DNA from: Candidatus Omnitrophota bacterium
GTDB lineage: Bacteria > Omnitrophota > Gorgyraeia > Gygaellales > Gygaellaceae
Direction: 5' to 3'
DNA length: 64,000 bases
Assembly (NCBI GenBank): GCA_018400015.1
Contig: JAGYNB010000001.1
Span: forward strand, 70,815-134,814
In this document: one piece after another, positions 50,169 through 60,179 of the stretch
Numbering within the stretch: the first letter of the stretch is position 1
How the letters are laid out: every line of letters begins with the position of its first letter
Notes under the pieces: model-generated
The model's input: the letters and a program-made list of their open reading frames with translations, nothing else
Database searches by the model: none
What the model was told of the DNA's origin: nothing
Program-made: the position numbers and the translations under genes

Positions 50169-51059
50169 ATGAGAAGCAAATTTCTAATGTGTTTGTTGGT
50201 AGTGTGTTTTATGTTTAGCGTTAACGCTTTTTGTATGGAATTTAAACACCACGAGGTTTACAAAATTACCGACGATATGGGTGCAGAAGAGATTATGGGT
50301 GTATCTACTTTTAATAAGTATACAAAGTTTGCCTATGATTATGAATCAACCGGTTATGTGCATTTAATTGAACAAAGCGGTTCGACAAGGCAAAGGACAT
50401 TCTTACGCCGCAGGATTATTTTAGGTGATAAAACAACAAAGATTGACTATAAAGACGTTACCAGCTTTACTGCTCCCACTTCAGTTAAGGGATTAGGCAT
50501 CTTAAGCTGGACCTACATGACCTACGGGCAAGACCCTGACCAGTGGTTATGGATTCCGTCTTTAAAGAAGATTCGTAAAGTCTCAGCTGCCCAAGGAGAT
50601 GATTCTTTTTTAGGATCTGATTTTACCACAGAAGAAGTTACCACAAGAAAAGTTGAAGATGAAACTTACAAACTGTTAAGAAAAGAAAAGTTTACCGGTT
50701 ACACTTCAAGCTTTAACAATAAAACTTATTATAAGGGCGCTGATTGTTTTGTAATTGAGGCAACCCCTATAAAGAGCCCTTGGTATTATTCAAAAAGAAT
50801 TGTCTGGGTTGATAAGTTAACAGGCGGTGATATCTACGAAGAGATTTTTGATGCCAACGGCAATAAATATAAATATATCTTCAAGGAATATCAAATCAAA
50901 AATGTCGATGGTCGAGATTATTCAGTGCAGACCCATCTTGAGGTAGAGGATTTACGCTCTAACCATAAGACTGTAATTGAAATAAAAGATATTAAGTTCG
51001 ACCAGGGTTTAAAAGACAGCGATTTTAGCGAAAGAATCCTGCAGAGATCAAAATGGTAA
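50169..51059 (+). CDS. LolA-like periplasmic carrier ('outer membrane lipoprotein-sorting protein'/DUF1329-like)
   Basis: Signal peptide; FTAPTSVKG.G.L, DQWLWIPSLKKIRKV, SFLGSDFT.EE, YSKR..WVDK. Confidence 0.85.
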   Translation: MRSKFLMCLLVVCFMFSVNAFCMEFKHHEVYKITDDMGAEEIMGVSTFNKYTKFAYDYESTGYVHLIEQSGSTRQRTFLRRRIILGDKTTKIDYKDVTSFTAPTSVKGLGILSWTYMTYGQDPDQWLWIPSLKKIRKVSAAQGDDSFLGSDFTTEEVTTRKVEDETYKLLRKEKFTGYTSSFNNKTYYKGADCFVIEATPIKSPWYYSKRIVWVDKLTGGDIYEEIFDANGNKYKYIFKEYQIKNVDGRDYSVQTHLEVEDLRSNHKTVIEIKDIKFDQGLKDSDFSERILQRSKW

Positions 51060-51079
51060 GCAAAAAAGGAGCCAGTATT

Positions 51080-52567
51080 ATGAAGAGAATAGTTTTATTT
51101 ATCATCGCGGTATTTATGGTCTTGGGTGTGACTGTAAATACCTATGCGCAGATGGACCAGGCGCTTGTGTATGAGGCTTTGCGTACAGTCCTGCCTTTTG
51201 AAAAACTAGAGATGGCCGGTTATTTAAAGAATGAAACTTCTTTAAGGATGGCGCATGGATTAGATGAGTTCATGAAATTCAAAAACGAAGTGAATTTTCA
51301 GGCCAATTACAGCATTAAAGATAATGTTGATTTTTTTACAACCATAAGGTGGTTCCACGACGGGTTATACAGTCTGGAAGAGGCAAGGTATACCTCGATA
51401 GATTCCAAGGAAAAAAACCGTAAGCTAAAAGTACCGGAGAAAATGCTTTGGTTAAGGGATTGTTTTGTGGATATTTATACGGATAGACTGGATATCCGTG
51501 CTGGCAAACAGCAGGTTGTCTGGGGAACAGCTGACGGCATAAGGATTTTAGATATCATCAACCCGTTAGACTACCGCGAGTGGACGCTTCCGAATTATTC
51601 TGATATCAGGATTCCTTTATGGATGCTTAATGTTGAAGGTGAGCTTTTAGCTGACGGTCACTTGCAGCTATTATTGATTCCAGATTATCAGGCGAATTAT
51701 TACGGACCGGCAGGCGGGCCGTTTACTTTAAGAACCGTTGACGTGGGTGCAAAAAGCATAAGTTCTTTGCCGCCTTTTGTTACTACGACAACTATAAGTG
51801 AACGCCCAAAACGCAACTTTGAAAATACCAAGATTGGCCTTCGCTGGCGCAATGTAATCGGCGCAGGCTACGCACAAGGCCTGGAATACACGCTTAATTA
51901 TTACCATGGGTATGATTTTGCATCCGCAGCTTATACATCTGTAAAGATTGTCCCAGGCGGATATTTTAAACTCACCCGCCGCGCAGAAGGAATTGATGTC
52001 TTCGGCGGAACATTTTCAAAGACAATTACAAGCGGTGCGTTCGGCGTGCCTGAGCTTTTTAAAGGCTGGACGATAAGAGGCGAGTATGCTTTTATAAAAA
52101 ACGGAGCAATGAATTACGGAACCGATGCCAATATTGAAGGCACAGTAGATGTGGACCAGTTTAATTATGTTTTAGGGTTTGATAAAAACTTCTGGACGAA
52201 TTGGCTGTTTAGTTTTCAGTTTATCCAGATGAATGCCAAGGAAACTGAAAAGTTCGATAAAAATCAGTATGTATTATTAAATGGTGCAACAAGAGGTCCT
52301 TTGGGAGATCAGGAGACGACTTTAAGTCTTAAGATCTCAACGGACTTTATGCATGAGCGCGTTAAGCCCGAGGTATTGATTCTTCATACCGTAGGTAGTG
52401 AGCGTTCAGACCGAGATTGGAGAATAAGCCCTAAGGTCAGCTTTGAAGTTAACGACCGCTGGCAGATAGCAGCCGGTGCGCATATCTTCGAAGGTGAAGA
52501 GCAGCTCTTAAGCGGCCAGTTTGATAAAAACGATCAGGTGTTTTTTGAGACAAAGTATAGTTTCTAA
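51080..52567 (+). CDS. Outer-membrane beta-barrel, DUF1302-like
   Basis: Signal peptide after AAGGAG; GYLKNET, RAGKQQVVWG.ADG...LD.INPLD, RIPLW; terminal YSF. Confidence 0.82.
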   Translation: MKRIVLFIIAVFMVLGVTVNTYAQMDQALVYEALRTVLPFEKLEMAGYLKNETSLRMAHGLDEFMKFKNEVNFQANYSIKDNVDFFTTIRWFHDGLYSLEEARYTSIDSKEKNRKLKVPEKMLWLRDCFVDIYTDRLDIRAGKQQVVWGTADGIRILDIINPLDYREWTLPNYSDIRIPLWMLNVEGELLADGHLQLLLIPDYQANYYGPAGGPFTLRTVDVGAKSISSLPPFVTTTTISERPKRNFENTKIGLRWRNVIGAGYAQGLEYTLNYYHGYDFASAAYTSVKIVPGGYFKLTRRAEGIDVFGGTFSKTITSGAFGVPELFKGWTIRGEYAFIKNGAMNYGTDANIEGTVDVDQFNYVLGFDKNFWTNWLFSFQFIQMNAKETEKFDKNQYVLLNGATRGPLGDQETTLSLKISTDFMHERVKPEVLILHTVGSERSDRDWRISPKVSFEVNDRWQIAAGAHIFEGEEQLLSGQFDKNDQVFFETKYSF

Positions 52568-52585
52568 AAAGCTAACAAAAAGAAC

Positions 52586-52625
52586 AAAAAAAGACCCCGC
52601 TTTAAGATGTAAGCGGGGTTTTTTT
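52586..52625. terminator. Bidirectional rho-independent terminator
   Basis: A7-GACCCCGCTT...AAGCGGGGTT-T run between convergent genes. Confidence 0.88.
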
Positions 52626-52637
52626 ATTTATTATTTG

Positions 52638-53027
52638 TTAAGTTTTATTTTGGTCCAAGACGTTGTTTATCTTATCAGCTAGGCCTTTTAAGTGGTCTCT
52701 CTTACGTAGTTTTATTCTTGTAGATTTATCTCCATCAAGGTATTTTTTTAAGTCTTCTTCAATGCGGAATAATGCGCCAAAGGTCCTGTTGGACATTACA
52801 ATGATAAAATAAACCAATATCACAAAGATAATCATATAACCTGACAAAAACGCCAGGTAAAAATTCCTGATGAATTTTACCGGATCCTTGGTAAAGAAAT
52901 GAGCATTATTAAGCATGTTCCAGAAGTACCAGTGGGTTACTCCGGCTGCAAAGATTATCAAAGCAATAATTATTAAAATATACCTAAGCTGCAGGCCGTT
53001 AATGATGTATTTGGTTCTTTTGCTCAT
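52638..53027 (-). CDS. Small 2-TM protein with HAMP-like C-terminus (paralog of 32909-33331)
   Basis: KRTKYIINGLQ, two TMs, SNRTFGALFRI...IKLRKRD.L..LA..IN; AAGGAG RBS. Confidence 0.75.
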   Translation of the reverse strand: MSKRTKYIINGLQLRYILIIIALIIFAAGVTHWYFWNMLNNAHFFTKDPVKFIRNFYLAFLSGYMIIFVILVYFIIVMSNRTFGALFRIEEDLKKYLDGDKSTRIKLRKRDHLKGLADKINNVLDQNKT

Positions 53028-53076
53028 TGGTAACTCCTTTTTAAAGGTTGTTACAAAAAATATTCATTAATCATAG

Positions 53077-53159
53077 TGCCGAAGGTGGGAGTTGAACCCA
53101 CACGAGGTTACCCTCATCGGTTTTTGAGACCGACGTGTATGCCATTCCACCACTTCGGC
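53077..53159 (-). tRNA. tRNA-Leu(CAA)
   Basis: Reverse complement reads GCCGAAGTGGTGGAATGGCATACAC-GTCGGT CTCAAAA ACCGAT-long variable arm-GTGGGTTCAACTCCCAC-CTTCGGCA. The 3' end continues CTA, so CCA is not encoded. Confidence 0.95.
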
Positions 53160-53164
53160 AAAGC

Positions 53165-53914
53165 TTATTTTTTATCATTGCCTATAAATGCTTTCATAAT
53201 CTCTAAAGGCAGAGGGAAAACAATAGTTGAAGTTTTTTCCGTTGAAATCTCCACAAGGGTTTGTAAATATCTCATCTGCAAAGCAATCGGCTGCTTGGCA
53301 ACGTTTGCTGCTGCAGCAACCAGTTTTTCCGATGCCTGGTATTCGCCTTCAGCGGCAATAACCTTTGCTCTTCGTTCGCGCTCTGCTTCAGCTTGTCTGG
53401 CCATGGCCCGCTGCATTTCCTGAGGCAGGTCAACGTGTTTTATTTCAACATTAGATACCTTAATCCCCCAGGGGTCAGTTGCCTTATCGATTATCTCCTG
53501 AAGGTCGTTGTTTATTTTTTCCCGCTCTGATAACAGCTCATCTAAATGCACCTGCCCGACACTGCTTCTTAAGGATGTCTGTGCCATTTGGGAAGTGGCA
53601 AATAGATAATCCTCAACTTCCGTTACGGCCTTATTCGGGTCAATCACCCTAAAATATACCACAGCATTTACCTTTACCGATACGTTATCCTTGGTGATGA
53701 TATCCTGTGATGGCACGTCCAAAGTTACGACTCTTAGACTGATTCTTACTGCCTTATCAAACGGGACTAGCAGGAAGATAATCCCCGGACCTTTTGGCAC
53801 TGATACAAGGCGTCCTAAGCGGAATACAACTGCGCGCTCATATTCATTTAATATCTTTATGCAGTTAGATAGATAAAGAACAACTAAAACTATAATTATC
53901 ATGGAAAAAGGCAT
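53165..53914 (-). CDS. SPFH/stomatin-like (slipin) protein
   Basis: [52 protein letters not shown]. Confidence 0.95.
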   Translation of the reverse strand: MPFSMIIIVLVVLYLSNCIKILNEYERAVVFRLGRLVSVPKGPGIIFLLVPFDKAVRISLRVVTLDVPSQDIITKDNVSVKVNAVVYFRVIDPNKAVTEVEDYLFATSQMAQTSLRSSVGQVHLDELLSEREKINNDLQEIIDKATDPWGIKVSNVEIKHVDLPQEMQRAMARQAEAERERRAKVIAAEGEYQASEKLVAAAANVAKQPIALQMRYLQTLVEISTEKTSTIVFPLPLEIMKAFIGNDKK

Positions 53915-53915
53915 A

Positions 53916-55241
53916 TCAAGCTCCTTTGGTTACTTGTAATTTTAAACCTTCAATACCAACGACTTTTACAGTGTCGTTTTTCTTGATAGCTGTCTTATCA
54001 AGCGTGTATGCGCTCCAGATTTCACCATGGCAGAGCACTTTGCCGGAATTCTTTATATTGCTTAAGGCTGTTGCCGTGTTTCCAACAAGGCCTTCTTTGC
54101 CGGTAGTGATTTTCTTTCTGTGGGTCTTGACCGCATTCACTACCAAGAACACAGCAATTGCACCTGTTGCTACAGCAAAAGGTATTATTATTTTAACTGA
54201 AATCTTTAAAAATTCAAATGGAGATTTAACCAGCATGATTGAGCCAAAGCTTAAAGCAACAATACCGCCTAAAGTTAAAAGGCCGAATGTGGGTGTGAAT
54301 GCCTCTGCGATAAATAGTATTATCGCTAATACTATAAGTATTATACCCGTGTAATCTATAGGGAGTGCCTGGAAAGAATAAAATGATAAGAGCATGCATA
54401 TTGCTCCGGCAATTCCCGGGAAACCCACACCCGGGTGTGAGAACTCAAAGATCAAACCGATAATTCCCAAAAGCATCAATATATATGCGATATTAGGGTT
54501 TGTTACGGAGTTTAACACCCGTTCCTGGAATGTAAGGGGGATCTCCGTAATAACAGCGTCTTTGGTTTTTAATACAAAAGTTTTTTCATTGATAATAATT
54601 TTTTTATTGTCTAAGAGTTGTTTTAATTCATCCAGGTCGCTAGCTATAAAATCAATAACCCTGTTTCTTAAGGCTTCAGTCTCGGTGCTGGAGATACTTT
54701 TCATTACTGCATCTTTAGCCCAGCGTTCGTTGCGCTTACGAGTCTTGGCGATTGTCGTAACCCAGGCAAGGGTATCGTTTAAAACCTTTTCACCGAGGAT
54801 GTCTTTATCAGATTTATCCTCATCGGTCTTTTTTGCTGACGGAGTGATACCCATATTCAATGGATGCGCTGAGCCTATATTAGTTGAGGGTGCCATAACT
54901 GCCACATGGGAGGCCAAGGTGATAAAAACACCGGCACTGCCTGCACGCGCACCGCTAGGTGCAACATAAACTACAACAGGGATTTTAGAATTAAGGATTG
55001 TTTTTACAATGTCACGCGTGGAGTCAAGCAAACCTCCGGGAGTATCAAGCTCAATGACCAGGCAGACAGCCTCATCTGCGATAGACTGATCAATTGCCCT
55101 TGCGATATAGTCTTTTACAACAGGGCCAATGATGTAGTTATCAATCCTGATTAAGTTTATCCGGCTGGTTTCTAGAGCAAGACAGGCAAAAGAAAGGATA
55201 AAAATACCGATAACAAGTGCAAAAATAAGCTTTTTATTCAT
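53916..55241 (-). CDS. nfeD: NfeD-family membrane serine protease (STOPP)
   Basis: [26 protein letters not shown] block, C-terminal OB fold G.V..HGEIWSA; paired with stomatin. Confidence 0.93.
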   Translation of the reverse strand: MNKKLIFALVIGIFILSFACLALETSRINLIRIDNYIIGPVVKDYIARAIDQSIADEAVCLVIELDTPGGLLDSTRDIVKTILNSKIPVVVYVAPSGARAGSAGVFITLASHVAVMAPSTNIGSAHPLNMGITPSAKKTDEDKSDKDILGEKVLNDTLAWVTTIAKTRKRNERWAKDAVMKSISSTETEALRNRVIDFIASDLDELKQLLDNKKIIINEKTFVLKTKDAVITEIPLTFQERVLNSVTNPNIAYILMLLGIIGLIFEFSHPGVGFPGIAGAICMLLSFYSFQALPIDYTGIILIVLAIILFIAEAFTPTFGLLTLGGIVALSFGSIMLVKSPFEFLKISVKIIIPFAVATGAIAVFLVVNAVKTHRKKITTGKEGLVGNTATALSNIKNSGKVLCHGEIWSAYTLDKTAIKKNDTVKVVGIEGLKLQVTKGA

Positions 55242-55348
55242 AACTTGATTATATTGTATAGGTAAAAAACTATCCAGTCAACACAAAAAGGGCCTTAAAA
55301 ATATCCTTTAAAACTGGCCGCTTTTATGATAATATAGCCAATACATTT

Positions 55349-55424
<76 letters not shown>

Positions 55425-55435
55425 ATAGGTAACCT

Positions 55436-55465
55436 CAGCGCTGTTTAGACATCTAGACAGCGCTG
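55436..55465 (+). terminator. Stem-loop after tRNA-Ala
   Basis: CAGCGCTGTTTAGA / TCTAGACAGCGCTG inverted repeat followed by TGTTTGTT. Confidence 0.6.
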
Positions 55466-55493
55466 TGTTTGTTGTCGGGGGGGGAAGTGGTAT

Positions 55494-55884
55494 ATGGAGC
55501 TCAGAATTTGTCAAGAAGTTATAAGTAGAATCAAAAAAGAAAAACCGAATTTTAACCACTTAATAGAAAAAAACCTTATAATAACGAACAACATAGAAAA
55601 GCAGTCGAGGTATATTCATATGAACTATTAGAAAAAGAAATAATAAAACTAAAGACAATAAAGAAATTTAATGATGATGTTGTTGATATTTTAGATATTA
55701 TCAATAAGAAAAATCCAAATATATTAATTAATCGATTGATTAGTTTGGAAAAAAAATAAATAAATATATAAACAGCTTGAGAAAACCCAAAACGGATATG
55801 CTCATTTTAAAACCAAATTTTTACGGCATAGGATTTGATATTAAAGAGCTATGGCAGTGCATCATTAGAAAAATTTTTAAATAA
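55494..55884 (+). pseudogene. Cryptic ~130-codon ORF interrupted by two frameshifts in poly-A runs
   Basis: Adding one A at A7 (55567-55573) and one at A8 (55749-55756) gives a continuous ORF MELRICQE...KPYNNEQHRKAVEV...DMLILKPNFYGIGFDIKELWQCIIRKIFK*. Confidence 0.55.
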
Positions 55885-55956
55885 TTTATAATTAAGTATA
55901 TTTGCTTCCATCAAAAACCCTTCATATTTCAATATTTATTGATATAATAACCTATT

Positions 55957-58353
55957 ATGGACTACACACCCAACACAATAGAACCTAAATGGCAGAAGTA
56001 TTGGCAGGATAATGCTTCTTTTAAAGCCAGTATGGATTCTTCACGCAAAAAATTCTACTGCCTGGAGATGTTTCCTTATCCATCGGGTAAGATACATATG
56101 GGCCATGTGCGCAATTACACTATCGGCGATGTTTACTCTAGATTTAAAAGCTTGTCCGGTTTTAATGTCATGCATCCTATGGGTTTTGATGCATTCGGCC
56201 AGCCTGCAGAGAACGCTGCCATAAAACACAATACCAAGCCTGATATCTGGACGCGTAGGTGTATTGATGCAATGAAAGAGGAACTTAAAAAAATGGGCCT
56301 TTCCTATGACTGGGATAGGGAAGTCTCAACCTGTGATAGCACGTATTATAAGTGGAACCAGTGGATATTCCTGAAGATGTTTGAGAAGGGCTTAGCTTAT
56401 AAAAAAGCTTCCAGTGTTAACTGGTGCCCGGCGTGTGAGACTACCCTTGCCAATGAAGAGGTTATTGATGGGGGATGCTGGAGATGCCACACGGAAGTTA
56501 TTCAAAAAGACCTGGACCAGTGGTATCTAAAGATAACTGATTATAAAGAAAGGCTGTTAGAAGATCTAAACAAGTTAAGTGAATGGCCCTCGCGAGTTAT
56601 CACCATGCAGACAAACTGGATCAATAAAAGTAAGGGCGTAGAGATATTCTTTAAAGTAAAAGATACCGATACCATAATACCTGTTTTTACAACAAGAGTG
56701 GATACGATATTCGGAGCAACATATATAGTCTTAGCTGCAGAGCATCCTTTAGCCAAAGAGCTGATTAAAGGCAAAGCGGAAGAACCTAAGGCACAAGAAT
56801 TTATTAAAGCTACAATTGCTAAAAGCTCTGTTGTGCGAAGTAAAGAGGACATTAAAAAAGAAGGTGTGTTTACGGGAAGTTTCGCAATTAACCCGGTTAA
56901 TAATGAGGCTATTCCTATCTGGATAGCGGATTATGTATTAATGGAATACGGTACGGGTGCGATTATGGCAGTACCTACGCATGATCAGCGGGACTTTTTA
57001 TTTGCCAAAGAACATAACCTGCCGATGAGAGTGGTAATAAAGCCACAAGATAAGGCCTTGGTTGTTGAGGATATGCAAGAAGCCTACACTTCCGGAGGCG
57101 TGCAGGTTAATTCCGGTGAATTCGATGGTTTAGACAATGAAACTGCAAAAGAAAAAATCGCTTCCTGGATGGAAGATAAGGGCATTGGTAAAATCCAAGA
57201 GCACTGGAGATTAAGAGACTGGCTTATCTCAAGGCAGAGGTACTGGGGAACACCCATACCGATAGTTTATTGTGATAACTGCGGCATTGTGCCGGTAGAG
57301 TCAGATAACCTGCCGGTTGAGCTTCCCAAAGATGCGCCGTTTACCGGCGAAGGCGGAAGCCCCTTAGGCAAGGTTGCGGAGTTTGTTAATGTGCCTTGTC
57401 CTAAATGCGGTGAGCCTTCCCGTCGGGAAACCGACACCATGGCAACATTCTTTGACTCCAGCTGGTATTTTTTAAGGTTTACTTCACCTTTATGTAATGA
57501 TCTGCCGTTTGATAAAGAACAAGCCAAGTACTGGATGGGCGTTGACCAGTATATCGGCGGCATTGAACATGCGATACTGCATTTATTATACTCAAGATTC
57601 TTTACCAAGTTCTTTAAGGATTTAGGGCTTATTGAATTGGACGAGCCTTTTAAGAAGCTTTTAACCCAGGGTATGGTGTTAAAAGACGGCGAAGTAATGA
57701 GTAAATCTAAAGGCAATGTTGTTGACCCGGATTCAGTGATAAAAAAATACGGGGCAGACAGTTTAAGATTGTTTATTCTGTTTGCCGCTCCTCCTGAAGT
57801 GGAGCTGGAGTGGGATGACCGGGCAATTGAAGGAGCGTTTAAATTCCTAAACCGTGTATGGCGCATAAAGGACAACCTCATTGAAAAATTAGACTCAAAT
57901 ACGGAAAAAGCCCTTCATAAGGCAATCCAAAAAGTCACCCAGGACTATGAGAGTTTTAAGTTCAATACAGCAATCGCCTCACTTATGGAGCTGGTGAATG
58001 TTATTTATAAAACCGGCATTGATAAGAATGGTTATTTAAAGCTTCTGGTTCTATTGAGCCCGATTGCGCCGCATATGAGCGAGGAGCTTAATAGCCTCCT
58101 AGGTGAAAAAGACGCAATTACAAAAAAAGCGTGGCCGCAATTTGATAAAGAAAAGATAAAAGAAGAAACTGTTAATATTGTTATCCAAGTTAACGGTAAA
58201 GTAAGGGCGAATATCGAGGTTGATTCTTCCATTACAGAAGAAGACCTAAAACAACTTGCTCTTGGCAATGATAACGTTATCAAGTGGACTCTGAATAAGC
58301 CTGCAAAAAAGATTATTGTTGTAAAAAACAAACTCGTCAATATAGTTGTCTAA
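55957..58353 (+). CDS. leuS: Leucine-tRNA ligase
   Basis: [43 protein letters not shown]. Confidence 0.98.
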   Translation: MDYTPNTIEPKWQKYWQDNASFKASMDSSRKKFYCLEMFPYPSGKIHMGHVRNYTIGDVYSRFKSLSGFNVMHPMGFDAFGQPAENAAIKHNTKPDIWTRRCIDAMKEELKKMGLSYDWDREVSTCDSTYYKWNQWIFLKMFEKGLAYKKASSVNWCPACETTLANEEVIDGGCWRCHTEVIQKDLDQWYLKITDYKERLLEDLNKLSEWPSRVITMQTNWINKSKGVEIFFKVKDTDTIIPVFTTRVDTIFGATYIVLAAEHPLAKELIKGKAEEPKAQEFIKATIAKSSVVRSKEDIKKEGVFTGSFAINPVNNEAIPIWIADYVLMEYGTGAIMAVPTHDQRDFLFAKEHNLPMRVVIKPQDKALVVEDMQEAYTSGGVQVNSGEFDGLDNETAKEKIASWMEDKGIGKIQEHWRLRDWLISRQRYWGTPIPIVYCDNCGIVPVESDNLPVELPKDAPFTGEGGSPLGKVAEFVNVPCPKCGEPSRRETDTMATFFDSSWYFLRFTSPLCNDLPFDKEQAKYWMGVDQYIGGIEHAILHLLYSRFFTKFFKDLGLIELDEPFKKLLTQGMVLKDGEVMSKSKGNVVDPDSVIKKYGADSLRLFILFAAPPEVELEWDDRAIEGAFKFLNRVWRIKDNLIEKLDSNTEKALHKAIQKVTQDYESFKFNTAIASLMELVNVIYKTGIDKNGYLKLLVLLSPIAPHMSEELNSLLGEKDAITKKAWPQFDKEKIKEETVNIVIQVNGKVRANIEVDSSITEEDLKQLALGNDNVIKWTLNKPAKKIIVVKNKLVNIVV

Positions 58354-58358
58354 GCGTT

Positions 58359-58706
58359 ATGCTAAGACTAAAAAAAGAAGATAAGGTATTTTTAATCGCT
58401 ATCGTCAGCTTGATTGCCTTAAGTTTAGCGATCAGTTTCATTGTTAAAAAAAGGAATTTTACCTGTCCGTTGGTAAATCTAGTAAAAAGTAAAATTGCCT
58501 CCAATAAATCCATACCTATTAATATCAATAAAGCAACAGTTGAAGAGCTTACCTTGATTAAAGGCATAGGAGAAGTTTTGGCTTCTCGGATTATCGACTA
58601 CCGCAATAAACAAGGTGATTTTAAATCAATCGAAGAATTAAAGAATGTTAAAGGCATCGGCGAGCATAAGCTTAACAGAATAAAAAATGAAATCATTCTT
58701 GAATAA
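58359..58706 (+). CDS. comEA: ComEA-like helix-hairpin-helix DNA receptor
   Basis: N-terminal TM; ININKAT.EEL..IKGIG, RII.YR..G.F.SIEEL..VKGIG. Confidence 0.88.
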   Translation: MLRLKKEDKVFLIAIVSLIALSLAISFIVKKRNFTCPLVNLVKSKIASNKSIPININKATVEELTLIKGIGEVLASRIIDYRNKQGDFKSIEELKNVKGIGEHKLNRIKNEIILE

Positions 58707-60147
58707 AATATTTACCAAAATCAATGATAGCACCGCACCGATTGTTCTGGTGGTTATACTGTTGTGTTTGGGTATTATCTTTGAGAAGGTTTTTGCTTTG
58801 CCATTTTTGCTGCTGTGTGCATTGCTTATTTTAGTTTTATTGATAAGTGTTATATTTCTGCAGAAGAGTTTATCCAGCAACACAGTTTACTTACTGTTTT
58901 TTATTCTTGGTGCGATGCTTGTAGTCAATAGCAACACTTTGGCCAACAACCATATCGTAAAGGTACCGTTTGTGTTTGAGCAAGAGGTATTAGTCGACGG
59001 TGTGGTTATTGATGACCCGAGAGTTACTAAAAAAAGGATGAGTTTTTCCTTAAAAGTAGACAAGCTTTATTTTAAACAAGATATTCCGATTAAGGTTACC
59101 GGCAACCTGCTGGTACATTTATATAAAAATGCGAATATTAACTATGGGGACAAGCTTTTAGTTAAAGGGAAGCTGTCGCGTGCGTATAATTTCAGCTCCG
59201 GCTTTGATTACCGGGAGTATCTGGCAAGCAAGGGAATATACGCATTGTTTTTCGTCTCCCGCGATGACCTACTGGAAAAACAGGGTAATCTGATGCTTCA
59301 TCCTGTAAAGCATGCTGCTTATAAAATCAGGAACAATATTAAGAATATTTTTAAAACAAAGCTTCATCCTGCGTATGCCGCAGCTTACAATACGATCATT
59401 TTAGGAGAGAGTAAAAACTTGCCCAAACTATTCAGGGATAATTTTGTAAAAACAGGCACGGCGCATGTTTTGGCAGTCAGCGGCCTGCATGTAGGGATAA
59501 TATCACTTTTACTATTTTTTGTGTTGAGATTTTGCAGAATTCCTAAAAGATTAGTTTATTTTTTGATGATAATAGTGTTGATCAGCTACTGTTTTATAAC
59601 CGGGCTTAGAATATCGGTTATCAGGGCAACAGTTATGGCAGTTGTGGTATTAGTCGGGTTCTTAAAACAAAAACCTGTACATATTTATAATAGTCTAAGC
59701 CTGGCTGCCTTGATAATACTAGTGTTTAACCCGAATGAACTGTTTAATGCGGGGTTCCAGCTTTCGTTTGTGAGTGTTTTTAGTATTGTAACGTTTGTTC
59801 CTTTGTTAGAGAAGGCATTTGGATTTTACGAATGGCCGAAATTAATAAAAAATATGTTTTTTAAGCCTGTTTTTGCCTCATTCAGTGCCTGGATCGCCAC
59901 TATGCCTATAATTATAAGCAACTTCGGCATAGTCAGCTTGATCAGCGTATTGGCTAACTTTATAATTGTTCCCTATATGGCAGTAGTTTTATCAGCCGGG
60001 TTTCTTTTGATACTAGCTGGCACTGTACTGCCTATATTTAATTCTCAAATAGTAAATTTTACTAGCATTGTAATGCACGCTCTTTTTATTATGACCTCTG
60101 AATTGGCTAAAATACCCCACGCCTTTGTCTTGATTGGTAATCATTGA
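58687..60147 (+). CDS. comEC: ComEC/Rec2 competence protein (no C-terminal beta-lactamase domain)
   Basis: OB-like region with FDYREYL, HVLAVSGLHVG, S.IRA, GFQLSF. Confidence 0.92.
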   Translation: MKSFLNKIFTKINDSTAPIVLVVILLCLGIIFEKVFALPFLLLCALLILVLLISVIFLQKSLSSNTVYLLFFILGAMLVVNSNTLANNHIVKVPFVFEQEVLVDGVVIDDPRVTKKRMSFSLKVDKLYFKQDIPIKVTGNLLVHLYKNANINYGDKLLVKGKLSRAYNFSSGFDYREYLASKGIYALFFVSRDDLLEKQGNLMLHPVKHAAYKIRNNIKNIFKTKLHPAYAAAYNTIILGESKNLPKLFRDNFVKTGTAHVLAVSGLHVGIISLLLFFVLRFCRIPKRLVYFLMIIVLISYCFITGLRISVIRATVMAVVVLVGFLKQKPVHIYNSLSLAALIILVFNPNELFNAGFQLSFVSVFSIVTFVPLLEKAFGFYEWPKLIKNMFFKPVFASFSAWIATMPIIISNFGIVSLISVLANFIIVPYMAVVLSAGFLLILAGTVLPIFNSQIVNFTSIVMHALFIMTSELAKIPHAFVLIGNH

Positions 60148-60172
60148 CAATTGGGTGATACTGTGATAAATT
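60144..60172 (+). promoter_or_regulatory. Putative promoter of bamD
   Basis: TTGACA -17 bp- (TG.)TAAATT, ending 7 nt before the ATG at 60180. Confidence 0.55.
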
Positions 60173-60179
60173 TAGCGTT

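Noticed and set aside
41638-52567. Hopanoid biosynthesis (hpn) cluster or NRPS/PKS cluster
   Set aside because: No squalene synthase or cyclase, carrier protein, ketosynthase or condensation domain in the window. The radical SAM has a B12 domain, unlike HpnH.
53076-53423. 115-aa plus-strand ORF
   Set aside because: Antisense to tRNA-Leu and the stomatin gene; its N-terminus is translated tRNA sequence.
53926-54969. Long plus-strand ORFs (142 and 191 aa), and similar opposite-strand ORFs inside leuS, RND, EF-G2 and other genes
   Set aside because: Fully nested antisense to well-supported genes, with no motifs of their own.
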